A DNA stretch of 62,786 nt, the filler included, from Octopus bimaculoides (lineage: Eukaryota), in the NCBI RefSeq assembly GCF_001194135.2. It is 6 parts of 6 records of this genome, joined end to end, with 100 filler letters (N's around TTAATTAATTAA, not from the genome) between each part and the next. Parts side by side here need not be neighbours in the genome. Positions count along the whole stretch, not along the records: positions 1 to 21,142 come from NC_069003.1; 5 more parts are not named here. One strand, given 5' to 3'. Numbering within the stretch: position 1 is the stretch's first letter; each line of letters opens with the position of its first letter. The notes beneath the pieces were generated by a model. It did no database searches, was not told the DNA's origin, and saw only the letters and a list, made by a program, of their open reading frames with translations. A program made the position numbers and the translations under genes. Shown piece by piece: positions 1 to 12,699 of this stretch.

Positions 1-108
1 ATATATATATATATATATATATATGTTACATACAAAATTTTAATCTTCAGATTTTTTTAATATGCTAGACCACTGGTTTTAATTGATTAATATCAATTTC
101 TACCCTTA

Positions 109-147
<39 letters not shown>

Positions 148-1675
148 GAAATTTACAGTAAAACAAAAGATGAAGACAGGTGTATGAACAACAAGCAGGT
201 GTATTAGTTTGAGGCTTGGGAAAGAGAAAAAGTCTTTTATGTTTCGAGCCTATGCTCTTCGACAGAAAAGAATAAGAGAAAATAAACAGAGAGAGAATGA
301 AAAATACTTGTAGATTTAGAAGATGATTTCAGGTTCAGGTACCATGCAGTGCGACTGAACCCGAAACCATGCCATTGCAAAATGTGCATCTTAACCATGA
401 TCCTACCACCGTTTTGTTTTATCATACAGCCTTAAACACACACATATATATATATATGATGGGAACACCACTACCATCATCAGCAACCCCAGTGCCATCA
501 CCACCACCAGCGCCACCAGCAGCACCATTGCAGGACCAACACTTCCTCCACAGGAAGACTCGACTACTGCTACCACATGTAGGTGTATGAAGGGAATCAC
601 GCCACCAGAAGACTCGGCTATCATCATGAAGATAGAGGGGGACAATTATCACCACTAACACCACCGCCATCAATCTAACTACAACAACAACAACAACAAC
701 AGCCGCAGCCACCGCCACCGACAACATCAGCCATCACCACCTCCAAATATCAGAATCTCCCACACAAATTTTGCTATATGAATGAATGCAGGTTCACCTT
801 TGACCTGCTGTCAAAACTTACAGAACAGCTGGTGCAGTGAACACAGAGATTTGGGTTTCCTAGCTGGCTTTCTAAGGCAGATCACATAAGACAGATAAGA
901 GGCAGAGGAGGAGGAGGAGGGGTGGGCACTAGCCCCTGTTGAAGCTTGCTGCAGTGCCAGACCCAGTCGGTCGGTCGGTCGGTCGGTCGTGTCTAATAGG
1001 AATGGCCACCAGCATTGCCTCCAAACACAATGTGCAGAACCCAGATTGTCTAAAGCTTGTCAAATTCTGTTTAGTCAACAACTTTACAATTTTGCTTTAT
1101 CAGAAGCACAGACGTGGGCGTGTGGGTATGGAGCTTGGTTCCTAATTCTATGGTCTTGGGTTCAGTCTCATTGCATGGCACCTAGGGCGTGCGTTGTCTT
1201 CTTTAACCTTGAGCTGAGCAAAGTCTTGGAACAAGATTTGGTAGATGGAAACTGGAAGAAATTCGTTGTGTATGTATGTATACATATCTATATATCAATT
1301 TATCTATCTTTCTAGCTATCTATCTATACAATATTTCATTTATTCAATAAGACATTCAATACTTCATTTCATTTTACTATATATATTATATATTCTATAT
1401 CCCACATTAATTTTATAAGAATATAAATAAAACATAAACAACAGACAGAGTTGGAATTCTTTTGAATAATATATTCTTCTATACACGATCATACAAAACA
1501 CCTTTTTTAAATTTTTGTTGTTACTATATATATATATATAGTAACAACAAGAAGGGAGGAGAATTTCGATTATCCACATGTGGTGAGTTGTAATGAAAAA
1601 TATATATATACAAAAAAATAAAAGGAAAATGCACACAGTTTACATATTTTTAATATATTTCTATCTATCTATCTA

Positions 1676-1709
<34 letters not shown>

Positions 1710-2786
1710 ATGTGGTGGTTGTCTTCTCCTTATGCAGAGTTTGACCACCTCCTGTACCTACACCTTAGANNNNNNNNNNNNNNNNNNNNNNNNNNNNNNN
1801 NNNNNNNNNNNNNNNNNNNNNNNNNNNNNNNNNNNNNNNNNNNNNNNNNNNNNNNNNNNNNNNNNNNNNNNNNNNNNNNNNNNNNNNNNNNNNNNNNNNN
1901 NNNNNNNNNNNNNNNNNNNNNNNNNNNNNNNNNNNNNNNNNNNNNNNNNNNNNNNNNNNNNNNNNNNNNNNNNNNNNNNNNNNNNNNNNNNNNNNNNNNN
2001 NNNNNNNNNNNNNNNNNNNNNNNNNNNNNNNNNNNNNNNNNNNNNNNNNNNNNNNNNNNNNNNNNNNNNNNNNNNNNNNNNNNNNNNNNNNNNNNNNNNN
2101 NNNNNNNNNNNNNNNNNNNNNNNNNNNNNNNNNNNNNNNNNNNNNNNNNNNNNNNNNNNNNNNNNNNNNNNNNNNNNNNNNNNNNNNNNNNNNNNNNNNN
2201 NNNNNNNNNNNNNNNNNNNNNNNNNNNNNNNNNNNNNNNNNNNNNNNNNNNNNNNNNNNNNNNNNNNNNNNNNNNNNNNNNNNNNNNNNNNNNNNNNNNN
2301 NNNNNNNNNNNNNNNNNNNNNNNNNNNNNNNNNNNNNNNNNNNNNNNNNNNNNNNNNNNNNNNNNNNNNNNNNNNNNNNNNNNNNNNNNNNNNNNNNNNN
2401 NNNNNNNNNNNNNNNNNNNNNNNNNNNNNNNNNNNNNNNNNNNNNNNNNNNNNNNNNNNNNNNNNNNNNNNNNNNNNNNNNNNNNNNNNNNNNNNNNNNN
2501 NNNNNNNNNNNNNNNNTCTATCTATCCATCTCCATTGTCATGGAACCTCACCCTCTCCAAAAAGAACAAAAACAAAAACAATGTTCTCTTCTAAGCAAAA
2601 CCCCCTCAAAACATCTGTTTTATATAAATGAACAAGCTGTTAGAACATTCACAAAATTTTACTTGACAAGTTTGAGAAAGGAATGAAAATGCTAATAATG
2701 ATGAAGAAATGAAAAGATTTTTTTTCCAAAATTCTGACGATTTCTTTTCTCAATATTCAATTTCTGTTCATCACACCTAACACTCA

Positions 2787-2823
<37 letters not shown>

Positions 2824-2871
2824 ATGTGGTGGTTGTCTTCTCCTTATGCAGAGTTTGACCACCTCCTGTAC

Positions 2872-3177
2872 CTACACCTTAGATCCAACATGGTGACTGA
2901 TGTGGCTTTTTGATCCAGACAATGTATTGAAAAGATACCCACATAGATTGCATAGCTGATCTGGACCCCCAAGAGCTGCAGTTAAGTTCTGATCTTCATG
3001 GATCTTAAAATGTCTTTTGAGACCCCTGTTAGATTTGCTGACCTTATGACATACACGGTATTGAAAAGTGTGCACAGATATATAGGCAGAATAGTTGGTG
3101 GAGGTTCGCTTTTCAGGGGCCCACAAATGAGATTTAAACCAAGCAAAAGAAAGGCTTCCAGTTGACCAAAAAGACAC
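2872..3177 (-). mobile_element. Probable RTE-type LINE C-terminus with two C2H2-like fingers (degenerate)
   Basis: FQYRVCHKVSKSNRGLKRHFKIH and LCNLCGYLFNTLSGSKSHISHH. The CxxC..SxxGLxxH pattern is typical of LINE ORF2 tails; the first Cys is mutated. No splice signals link it to a host gene. Confidence 0.55.
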
Positions 3178-3238
3178 TCAGGGTTTCAGTTGCATAAGAT
3201 CTCTTTGATTGCGTTGAGAATTCGCCTCTTCTTCCTCC

Positions 3239-3291
<53 letters not shown>

Positions 3292-3298
3292 GTGGTGG

Positions 3299-3948
3299 TG
3301 GTGGCGTGCTGGCAGAATCATTAGCACGCTGGACGAAAGGCTTCATGGTATTTCACCTGTCGCTACAGCCCGGGTTCAAATTCCGCCAAGGTCGACTTTG
3401 CCTTTCATCCTTTCGGGGTCGATAAATTAAGTACCAGTTGAACACTGGGGGGTTGATGTAATCAACTGCTGCCCTTGTCGCAAAATCTGAAACCATTATT
3501 ATTATAATTATTATTATTATTATGATTATTATTATTAGTATCATCATCATCATTATTACCTGAGGTGGTGAGCTGGCTGAATCGTTGTTAGCACGCCAGG
3601 CTAAATGCTGAACGGCATTTCATCTGTTGCTGCATTCTGGGTTCAGATTCCACTAAGGTTAACTTTACTTTTCATCCTTTCGCGGGGTCAATAAATTAAG
3701 TGCCAGTGAAACACTGGGGTCAATGTAATTGACTAGTCACCCCTCCCCACCAAATTTCTGGCCTTGTGGCTTCAGTATTTCCTCTGCCGTTACGTTCTGA
3801 GTTCAAATTCCGCCGAGGTCGACTTTGCCTTTCATCATTTTAAATAAGTACCAGTTAATCACTGGGGTCGATGTAATCGACTTAATCCCCTTGTCTGTCT
3901 TTGTTTGCCCCCTCTGTGTTTAGCCCCCTGTGGGCAATAAACAAATAA
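3299..3948 (+). mobile_element. Three head-to-tail family A SINEs (about 3299-3490, 3563-3770, 3775-3948)
   Basis: Each carries gttcaaattcc (or gttcagattcc) and the ctttcatcctttc..gtcgataaattaagtaccag core. The first two are preceded by (ATT)n tracts; the third is 5'-truncated and follows the second directly. Confidence 0.85.
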
Positions 3949-4320
3949 ATTATTATCATTATTATTATTAATATTATTATTCATTCATTCATTCTCTTCT
4001 GTCCTTATTCTTGTCTTATTCCTGTCCTTAATCTCATTCACCACTGTCACCATCACCACCACCCGGACTGTAGCGACAGGTGAAATACCATGAAGCCTTT
4101 CGTGGTGCTAACGATTCTACCAGCTTGCCACCACAATAATAATAATGAGGAGGAGGAGGTGAATTGAAGAAGAAGAACAACAACAACAATGAGAAAAGGA
4201 AGAGGAGAGTAGAAAGCAGAATGAAATAAAGGTGAATGAAACAAACGGGGAAAGGTGGATCTAAAGACATGGAAATTTGGTAAAAGAATAAGGGAAGAAG
4301 AGAGGCAGAGAAGAAGGATG

Positions 4321-4352
<32 letters not shown>

Positions 4353-4599
4353 GAGAAAGAGAGAGGCTGGAGATGAGATGGAAAGAGAGAGAGAAAGAGT
4401 GGAGAAGACAAGAAATAGAAAGGAGAGATGAAGACAGGTAAATGGAGGAGAGAGAAGGAGAGATGAAGAAGAATGGTGAGAGAGGATGTTGCTGGGTTCA
4501 CTTGAAGGGTGGGGGAGAAAAAAAACTGGGTTCCCCCACCCTCGAGAAATTCAGTTATGTGTACCCAGTTTGTTGAAGACTTAAGTAAAAGATTTAGGA

Positions 4600-4893
4600 T
4601 AAAAAGTGACCATGTAATAATGGTGGTGGTGGTGGTAGTTGAAGTGGTGTTGGTTGAGGTGGTGTGCTGGTGAGGGAGGTGATGGTGGTTGAGATGGTGT
4701 TGGTGGTGGAGATGGAAGAGATGGTGTTGGTGGTTGAGGTCGTCGTAGTGGTGGCAGTTGAGGTAGTGGTGATGGGGGCAGTAGATGTGATGGAGGCAGT
4801 GGTGGTGTTGCTAGATGAAGTGTGGTGATGGCGGTTGTGGTGGTGGTGGTGGTGATGGAGGCAGTGGTGGTGGTAGTATTGGTAGAGGTAGTG

Positions 4894-4925
<32 letters not shown>

Positions 4926-4930
4926 GAGCA
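4600..4930. repeat. GGT/GTT/AAC low-complexity trinucleotide tract
   Basis: Degenerate (GGT)n passing into (AAC)n; source of several spurious ORFs. Confidence 0.85.
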
Positions 4931-5386
4931 TGATTTATAAGAAGATTAAATNNNNNNNNNNNNNNNNNNNNNNNNNNNNNNNNNNNNNNNNNNNNNNNNN
5001 NNNNNNNNNNNNNNNNNNNNNNNNNNNNNNNNNNNNNNNNNNNNNNNNNNNNNNNNNNNNNNNNNNNNNNNNNNNNNNNNNNNNNNNNNNNNNNNNNNNN
5101 NNNNNNNNNNNNNNNNNNNNNNNNNNNNNNNNNNNNNNNNNNNNNNNNNNNNNNNNNNNNNNNNNNNNNNNNNNNNNNNNNNNNNNNNNNNNNNNNNNNN
5201 NNNNNNNNNNNNNNNNNNNNNNNNNNNNNNNNNNNNNNNNNNNGGCAAGAAAGGTCAACTAATGAGATGCGTTCCACACACACACACACATGAATGTAAA
5301 TATTCATACATGTATATACATTCACACACATATGAATGCACATATTCATAAATACACACACACACACACACGCACATATGAATATG

Positions 5387-5421
<35 letters not shown>

Positions 5422-6139
5422 ATATATATACATATATATATATATAATATATACATACATGTATGTATGAATGTATACATTTACAATACACACACACCGA
5501 AGAGATGCTGACTCATGGAATAAAAGCAGCTACACACGCAAATTAAACAGCTATACATGCATACACACACACACACACACACACACGTGTGTGTGCATGC
5601 ATGCAGGTGTGTGTGAGAAGAGAGAGAGAGAGAGAATTAAAAACATTAGACATCCACCTCCCTCTATAACCAGCCTACCCAGATAACACGCCACTGACAC
5701 CTTGTGGCTGATCCACTGGCTAGAAATAACAGCTAAACATCCCTCAAAATCACACCCCACTACTTTATAATAAAGATGAGCCCATTAGACTACATGGTTC
5801 CAGGTACAATCTGCCAAGGAATAAGACAGGGTGGTCACATGTGGGAAACCTCTGATTAGGGATCTGCTCCATGAGATTAAACAACATCATCATCATAATG
5901 AGTGTGCAAGGATGCTGCTTTCTGATTAATCAAGCTGCTAGAAATAGCAACCAAAGGTCCTCTATGTTAAACACTGGCATCATTAAAAGAAACGGTCATA
6001 TTAGTTTAGATAATATGGTGCTAGACATCTCTAAGAACAGAATGGTCACATTTGGAATGTCATTTAGTCATAGATCTACTTGGGTAGGACTGACTTGGAG
6101 CTAAAATCCAACTGAATTGGATTCACTTGCTCATGTTCA

Positions 6140-6337
6140 GATGAAGGCCCCAGCATGTTCTCTCCATGTAACCATGGTCCAATGTGGAGGCTATGAATTT
6201 GAGCTTGAGATCAAACTGGTTTGATGGGCCTACCCTGCCCTGCATGATGAAGGCCTCAGCATGTTCTCACCACCAACCATAGTCCGATATTTAGACCTTG
6301 AACCTGAGCTTGAGATCAAACTGGTTTGATGGGCCTA
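6140..6337. repeat. Two-copy tandem repeat, period about 106 bp
   Basis: gatgaaggcc(c/t)cagcatgttctc...tgagcttgagatcaaactggtttgatgggccta at 6140-6232 and 6246-6337; the last 33 bp are identical. Confidence 0.85.
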
Positions 6338-7112
6338 TTCGCTCACACTGAATTGACATGACTGAGCAGAAGAATGTAATTTTTTATACTCATACTCAGG
6401 AGTAGTTAAGTCGGTAACATCGACCCCAGTATGTAACTGGTACTTATTTTATCGACCCCTGGAAGGATGAAAGGCAAAGTCGATCTCAGAGGAATTTGAA
6501 CTCAGAACATAAAGACAGACAAAATACTGCAAAGCATTTCACCTGGCATGCTAACCATATACCCTACAATAATAATTCAGTTCTTTCTTACAAAGGCACA
6601 AGGCCCAAAATTTATGGGAAGGGGTCACGATCCCAATGCTTGATTAGTATTTGTTTATATGAATCTAAAAAGATGAAGGGCAAAGTCAACCTCAGTGGGA
6701 TTTGAACTCAGGACATGAAGGGTCAGAGGAAATGCTGCTAAACATTCTACCCGACATGCAAATGGTTCAGCCAGCTCACCACATTCTGCTATAGAATAAT
6801 CCACACTAGGTTTTTAACTGAGCCAACAATGGGACTAGTAAGCGGTTATTGAGTCTGCTAGAAACAGCAGCCAAATAAATCTCTTCCGTATCACAACCAA
6901 TCATTTCTCTCGACTGGGACTGTGCCTCTGAGGAATTTGGACTCGGAATGTGATGTAAATACTGACAGGATTTCATTTGCTGCTCTACTGATTCTAATAC
7001 ACTGTGGAATGTAACACAAGCAAAAGATCGACATTTTTTTTATCAAGGGAATAGTCAATTACATCAAGCATCATCATCATCATCATTATGGTCGGTGTCA
7101 TCATTGTTATTG

Positions 7113-7146
<34 letters not shown>

Positions 7147-8114
7147 TATAACTGTCATCATCATTATCATCATCCTCTTCATCAGCTTATTATTATTGGC
7201 ATTGTTATCATAACTATCATCATCATCATCATCTTCATCAGCTTGTCNNNNNNNNNNNNNNNNNNNNNNNNNNNNNNNNNNNNNNNNNNNNNNNNNNNNN
7301 NNNNNNNNNNNNNNNNNNNNNNNNNNNNNNNNNNNNNNNNNNNNNNNNNNNNNNNNNNNNNNNNNNNNNNNNNNNNNNNNNNNNNNNNNNNNNNNNNNNN
7401 NNNNNNNNNNNNNNNNNNNNNNNNNNNNNNNNNNNNNNNNNNNNNNNNNNNNNNNNNNNNNNNNNNNNNNNNNNNNNNNNNNNNNNNNNNNNNNNNNNNN
7501 NNNNNNNNNNNNNNNNNNNNNNNNNNNNNNNNNNNNNNNNNNNNNNNNNNNNNNNNNNNNNNNNNNNNNNNNNNNNNNNNNNNNNNNNNNNNNNNNNNNN
7601 NNNNNNNNNNNNNNNNNNNNNNNNNNNNNNNNNNNNNNNNNNNNNNNNNNNNNNNNNNNNNNNNNNNNNNNNNNNNNNNNNNNNNNNNNNNNNNNNNNNN
7701 NNNNNNNNNNNNNNNNNNNNNNNNNNNNNNNNNNNNNNNNNNNNNNNNNNNNNNNNNNNNNNNNNNNNNNNNNNNNNNNNNNNNNNNNNNNNNNNNNNNN
7801 NNNNNNNNNNNNNNNNNNNNNNNNNNNNNNNNNNNNNNNNNNNNNNNNNNNNNNNNNNNNNNNNNNNNNNNNNNNNNNNNNNNNNNNNNNNNNNNNNNNN
7901 NNNNNNNNNNNNNNNNNNNNNNNNNNNNNNNNNNNNNNNNNNNNNNNNNNNNNNNNNNNNTATTCTTTCTGTTGAAGAGCGTAGCTCGAAACGTCAAAGA
8001 CTTTCCGTATTCCCAAGTGTCATACTAATGCATCCTTTTGTTGTTTACACCAGCTGTCCTCGTCTGTTGTTGTTTTTTCGTACATTCTCCCATATATATA
8101 TATATACATATATA

Positions 8115-8280
8115 TGACGGGCTTCTTTCAGTTTTCCATCTACCAAATCCACTCACAAGGCTTTGGTCGGCCCGAGGCTATAGTAGAAGACACTTGCCCA
8201 AGGTGTCACGCAGTGGGACTGAACCCGGAACCATGTGGTTGGTAAGCAAGCTACTTACCACACAGCCACTCCTGCGCCTG
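8115..8280 (-). mobile_element. Family B SINE head (other heads at about 1110-1260 +, 10925-11085 +, 16362-16520 +, 37455-37622 -, 51420-51510 -)
   Basis: Reverse complement of the head at 54465-54620, with a gggttcagtccc B-box-like motif. Confidence 0.85.
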
Positions 8281-11092
8281 TAATTGTAAAAATTGCTAAA
8301 ATATTTTGTGTATCCTGGATGCATAACCAATTTATTGCACATAAACTTTACTAATTTGAAGCACAATTTTCTCATGGACCCTGAAAAATTATCGTAGACT
8401 CCCAATTTACTATACTGTATATGTGGACCCCCAAAAGTCTTATAATGACTCCCCGCCCCAAGGTCCATATGGACGCTGGTTGAAAGCCTCTGCAATAAAG
8501 GGTCTGAACCAGCATAAATCACTCTGTTCCTACAAGTTGACAGTGTGTTACAGCTGACTATGTTTAAATTAAACAACAACGATGATTCGCGATGCATGCA
8601 CGGTGCAACAATGCATACACACACACACACACACACACAGCAGTAACTTCCATGTAAGCAGTGCAGCAGACTGCAAATAATACGTGTGCAGCAGACTGCA
8701 GTTTTAGCAGTGCAAGTCAGTGCATGTTTAATTGCAATTTACCGTGAGCCTATCTCAGAAATTATTATGGCAGGTGTTGAATATATAAACCTACTCACTT
8801 CTCCGTCCCCCGCCGTCTCTTTCGCTCCTTTTTCACACACAGATGCTCGTATGAACATTCGCATGCGTGCATGCGTGCATGCAAGAATTGTATATGGAGC
8901 TTGGTACGGAAGATATATCAATCAGATGGGTGATCATTGATGAGTAATTGGTAATAGATGGCATAATGGTTGGCCGGTGGGTTAATCTATTAATGTCCCA
9001 TGTTCTTTAATCTTCTTAATTTTAATCTTTTACTTGTTTTGGTCAATGGACTGTGGCCATGCTGGGGCACCACCTTAAACAAATTTACTCTGATTCGTAA
9101 TTTTTTTTTTTTTTTTAAAGTTTAGTACTTTTTCTGTCAGCCACTCCTGCACGTATAAGTCACTCCTGTGCCTTTATTGATTACTTTATCATATTACCTC
9201 AATAACAACCCATCTCTACTGCAGAATTCTTTCTTCTTTCAGCCCTTCCTCTTTTACTCGAGTCATCTCTATACAGTAGTCTCCCAAAACTGTGTACATT
9301 TTTGCTAATTGTTTTTGGGGCCTGTGCTAGCAAGGGCAGACACTCTCCCAGTCTTCCCATTCATGATCCAGCTGAACATCCAAAATGCTTGTAGCTGGAG
9401 GAGGAGAGAAAGTGCAACAGGTCTAGGCTGTTAGTTTATTTACCGATTCCAAGAGAATACAAAATAAAGTTGACTCTGGCACATTTGTTCTAGCTTGTTG
9501 CACTCAGATTTCAAATCAGATTTTGATTGACCACTTCTTTATCCATTTCTTCTCTTATCTCACCCTATATTACACTATCTGCTCCCCTGACAACCTGTCT
9601 CATTTGCTGGTTATTTCTCTCTCTCTCACCTATTCTATCAACTTCATACCTATCTATTTAATCCACCTCTCTTTATAATACATTTTTCTCTCTCGTTCTC
9701 TCTTCATCTTACTCAGGACAGTCATTATTTTCTCTTTCCTCATTCCTATAGCATGACAGAAAGAGGGGAAACTGGCAAAAAAATATATAAATAAATAAAT
9801 AAAAGGCCCAAGTGAGTTAGTGTTTTATGTATATATAGATTATATTTAAATATAAAAACACTTGTAGCTGTACTGATATTGACTGCAAGCAACATTAAAC
9901 ATACATTTTTAATCAAATATTTGACATTAATTAAATAAATAAAAAAAAAGCCCAAAAACAAACAAATAGAAGAAGACCATTCTTGTTCACAACATAAATT
10001 ATGATATTTCCTTACAGACAAATATTGCTTATGATACATCGAGGTGAGATGAAAGTTGCAAACATACGACAGACCAAATATATTCTGATGTACAAACTCA
10101 GAAATAGAAATTGAAATATATATCTCAAAGAAGATTACTATCAAATTTTTTTGCTTTTTTTAGAAAAATCTACAGCAAAAATATAAAAAAATAAAAGAAA
10201 AGAAGAAAATTATCAGTTTGATAAATTGCTTTTCTGTGTGAAAGAAAGACTCTTTTAGATAAAATAAAAAGATGAAAAATAAAATACCATTCAGAGTGTA
10301 TAAATATATAAATAAATAAACCACAGCAAAATGATGAAGTAGAAATGTTTTAACTTTGTATTAATGGTGTGTGGACTGAGAACTTTACGTAATCGAGATT
10401 TTTTATGAGAAATCTTAATAATCAAAATACAATCATAATAATATGTAGAAATGCGATTGGTGTAGAGCAGTGCATCTTGAAATGGATGGCACCGTGTCCA
10501 GGGGAGCGCTAAAAAGATTCCGTATGAGGACTAGAAACAAAGGAGGCTGTTTGTGAGAGTGAAGATGACGGCGATTGATGTGTTCATCTAGTTTAAAAAA
10601 TTTTTTTTTTTTTGAAGTTGCTTGTCTCCGATCTAAATATTAATTTTTTTTTGTTAAGCAGAAAAACCAAAGATTTAAATGTAATGTCATGATAAAAACT
10701 GCTTGTTAGCCAAAAATCACAATGACGGCAATAACAATAACGACAACAATATATCGGAATGTAACGAGAGATGAATTTCAACAGGTAGCTACAGAGAAGG
10801 GGGTGCACCTATGAAACACTAAGAATATGTACCTGAGCTTGGCTGAAGCTACATGCCAATGGTTAGATCAATGGATAGTTAAAGCCAAGCTGTGATGCAT
10901 CAGATACATATTTGCCTAAGCAAATATGGCTGTGTGATTAAGAAGCTTACTGAGTAAACCATGAGGTTTTGAGTTCAATACCCCACTGAGCAACACATAG
11001 GACAAGAGTCTTCTGCTATAGCCTCAGACTGACCAATGTTTTGTGAGTGGATTTGGGTAGGTGGAAACTGAAAGAAGCATGTCACATATGTG

Positions 11093-11305
11093 TTATTTCT
11101 TTACTACCCACAAGGGGCTACACACAGAGGGGACAAACAAGGACAGACAAATGGATTAAGTCGATTATATCGACCCCAGTGCGTAACTAGTACTTATTTA
11201 ATCGACCCCGAAAGGGTGAAAGGCAAAGTTGACCCCGCCGGAATTTGAACTCAGAACGAAAAGACAGACAAAACACTGCTAAGCATTTTGCCTGGCGTGC
11301 TAATG
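11093..11305 (-). mobile_element. Family A SINE (further minus-strand copies at about 6410-6560, 6590-6782, 18615-18855, 30655-30780, 35915-36095, 38045-38235, 44130-44320, 60545-60630)
   Basis: Near-identical to 27837-28067 (cccacaagggg..gattaagtcgattatatcgaccccagtgcgtaact..ggaatttgaactcagaacg). The other copies are progressively more degenerate. Confidence 0.85.
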
Positions 11306-11438
11306 AAGAAGAAAAAAAAAAGAGGAGAAACAACAAAAATAGAGTATGATGGGTGAATGCGATAACCAAGGATGGTGAACGGAAGATGGAAAAGAAAGAA
11401 AGAAAGAAAGAAACAAACAAACAATGTGATGAGCTTAC

Positions 11439-11565
11439 CTGTAAAAGCAGCCGTTCGTCTCCCCAGATGACCGACTTGTTCCAATCGATGACCTCAGAGA
11501 AGGGGAGGATCCAGCCATTGCTAAGCAGAACAGGTACACAAGCAGCCTGCAATGCTTCCAAATAC
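11439..11565 (-). CDS. EXT1: Exostosin-1 (heparan sulfate polymerase) internal exon, 127 bp
   Basis: Translates (R)[42 protein letters not shown]. This matches the recalled EXT1/tout-velu GT47 motif [37 protein letters not shown]. Acceptor ttttcttcctcAG (AG at 11567-11566), donor CAG|GTAAGC (GT at 11438-11437). No other EXT1 exon was recognised in segment 1. Confidence 0.93.
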
Positions 11566-12699
11566 CTGAGGAAGAAAAAAAAAAAAACAAAATGAAAAAT
11601 AAATAAAATAATATAAACATCTTCAGCACCATCTCCTCTCTCTCTCTCTTCCCTGAATTTTCTAGTAGGGGGTGGCCACGTATCCCCTCTACTGTAAGAT
11701 ACCATTTTCTCTCCCTCTATCATACTTTAATTTCTTCTCACCTGTTACAAACCCATGCACTTCCTCAATAGAGTCCTATCAAAAGGAACCATCATAACAT
11801 CTTCCTGCTGGATTCCTAAGTGTGACCAACTGAGACGATGGATCTAATCCAACCATCTTGTTCTTTGTCTACCCCTGGGTCTCTTGCTAGTCACAGGGAT
11901 AGAGTTCTCAGGCACTGCCTCCATAAGGTCCTTTCAGAAACAATTGTCATTACACTTTTCTAAAGGATTCCAAGCATGGTCAACGAAAACTGCTGTGTGG
12001 TAAGTAGCTTGCTTACCAACCACATGGTTCTGGGTTCGGTCCCACTGTGTGATACCTTGGGCAAGTGTCTTCTACTATAGCCTTGGGCCGACCAAAGCCT
12101 TGTGAGTGGATTTGGTAGACGGAAACTGAAAAAGCCTGTCATATATATGTATGCATATATATATATATATATATATACGTGTGTTTGTGTGTCTGTGTTT
12201 GCATCCCCCCCCCCCNNNNNNNNNNNNNNNNNNNNNNNNNNNNNNNNNNNNNNNNNNNNNNNNNNNNNNNNNNNNNNNNNNNNNNNNNNNNNNNNNNNNN
12301 NNNNNNNNNNNNNNNNNNNNNNNNNNNNNNNNNNNNNNNNNNNNNNNNNNNNNNNNNNNNNNNNNNNNNNNNNNNNNNNNNNNNNNNNNNNNNNNNNNNN
12401 NNNNNNNNNNNNNNNNNNNNNNNNNNNNNNNNNNNNNNNNNNNNNNNNNNNNNNNNNNNNNNNNNNNNNNNNNNNNNNNNNNNNNNNNNNNNNNNNNNNN
12501 NNNNNNNNNNNNNNNNNNNNNNNNNNNNNNNNNNNNNNNTGTGTTTACGTCCCCGTAACTTAGCGGTTCGGCAAAAAGAGACCGATAGAATAAGTACTAG
12601 GCTTACAAAGAATAAGTCCTGGGGTCAATTTGCGCTTGACTAATGGCGGTGCTCCAGCATGGCCGCAGTCAAATGACTGAAACAAGTAAAAGAGTAAAA

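Noticed and set aside
403-727. Pro/Ala/Val-rich ORFs and a 54-bp-spaced repeat (gaagactcg at 554 and 608)
   Set aside because: Low-complexity CCA/CAA context, no recognisable domain and no convincing splice signals.
1707-2883. Identical 63-bp sequence (1707-1769 and 2821-2883), each preceded by (TA)n, flanking a gap
   Set aside because: The first copy ends exactly at the gap. A contig-end overlap or misjoin at a microsatellite is more likely than a real duplication.
2872-3177. Member of the expanded cephalopod C2H2 zinc-finger gene family
   Set aside because: No TGEKP linkers, the first Cys is lost, and the SxxGLxxH pattern fits LINE ORF2 tails better.
8400-8495. hAT-like terminal fragment (rc cagaggctttcaaccagcgtccatatggacc..)
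   Set aside because: No partner TIR or TSD was found, and it is too degenerate to call.
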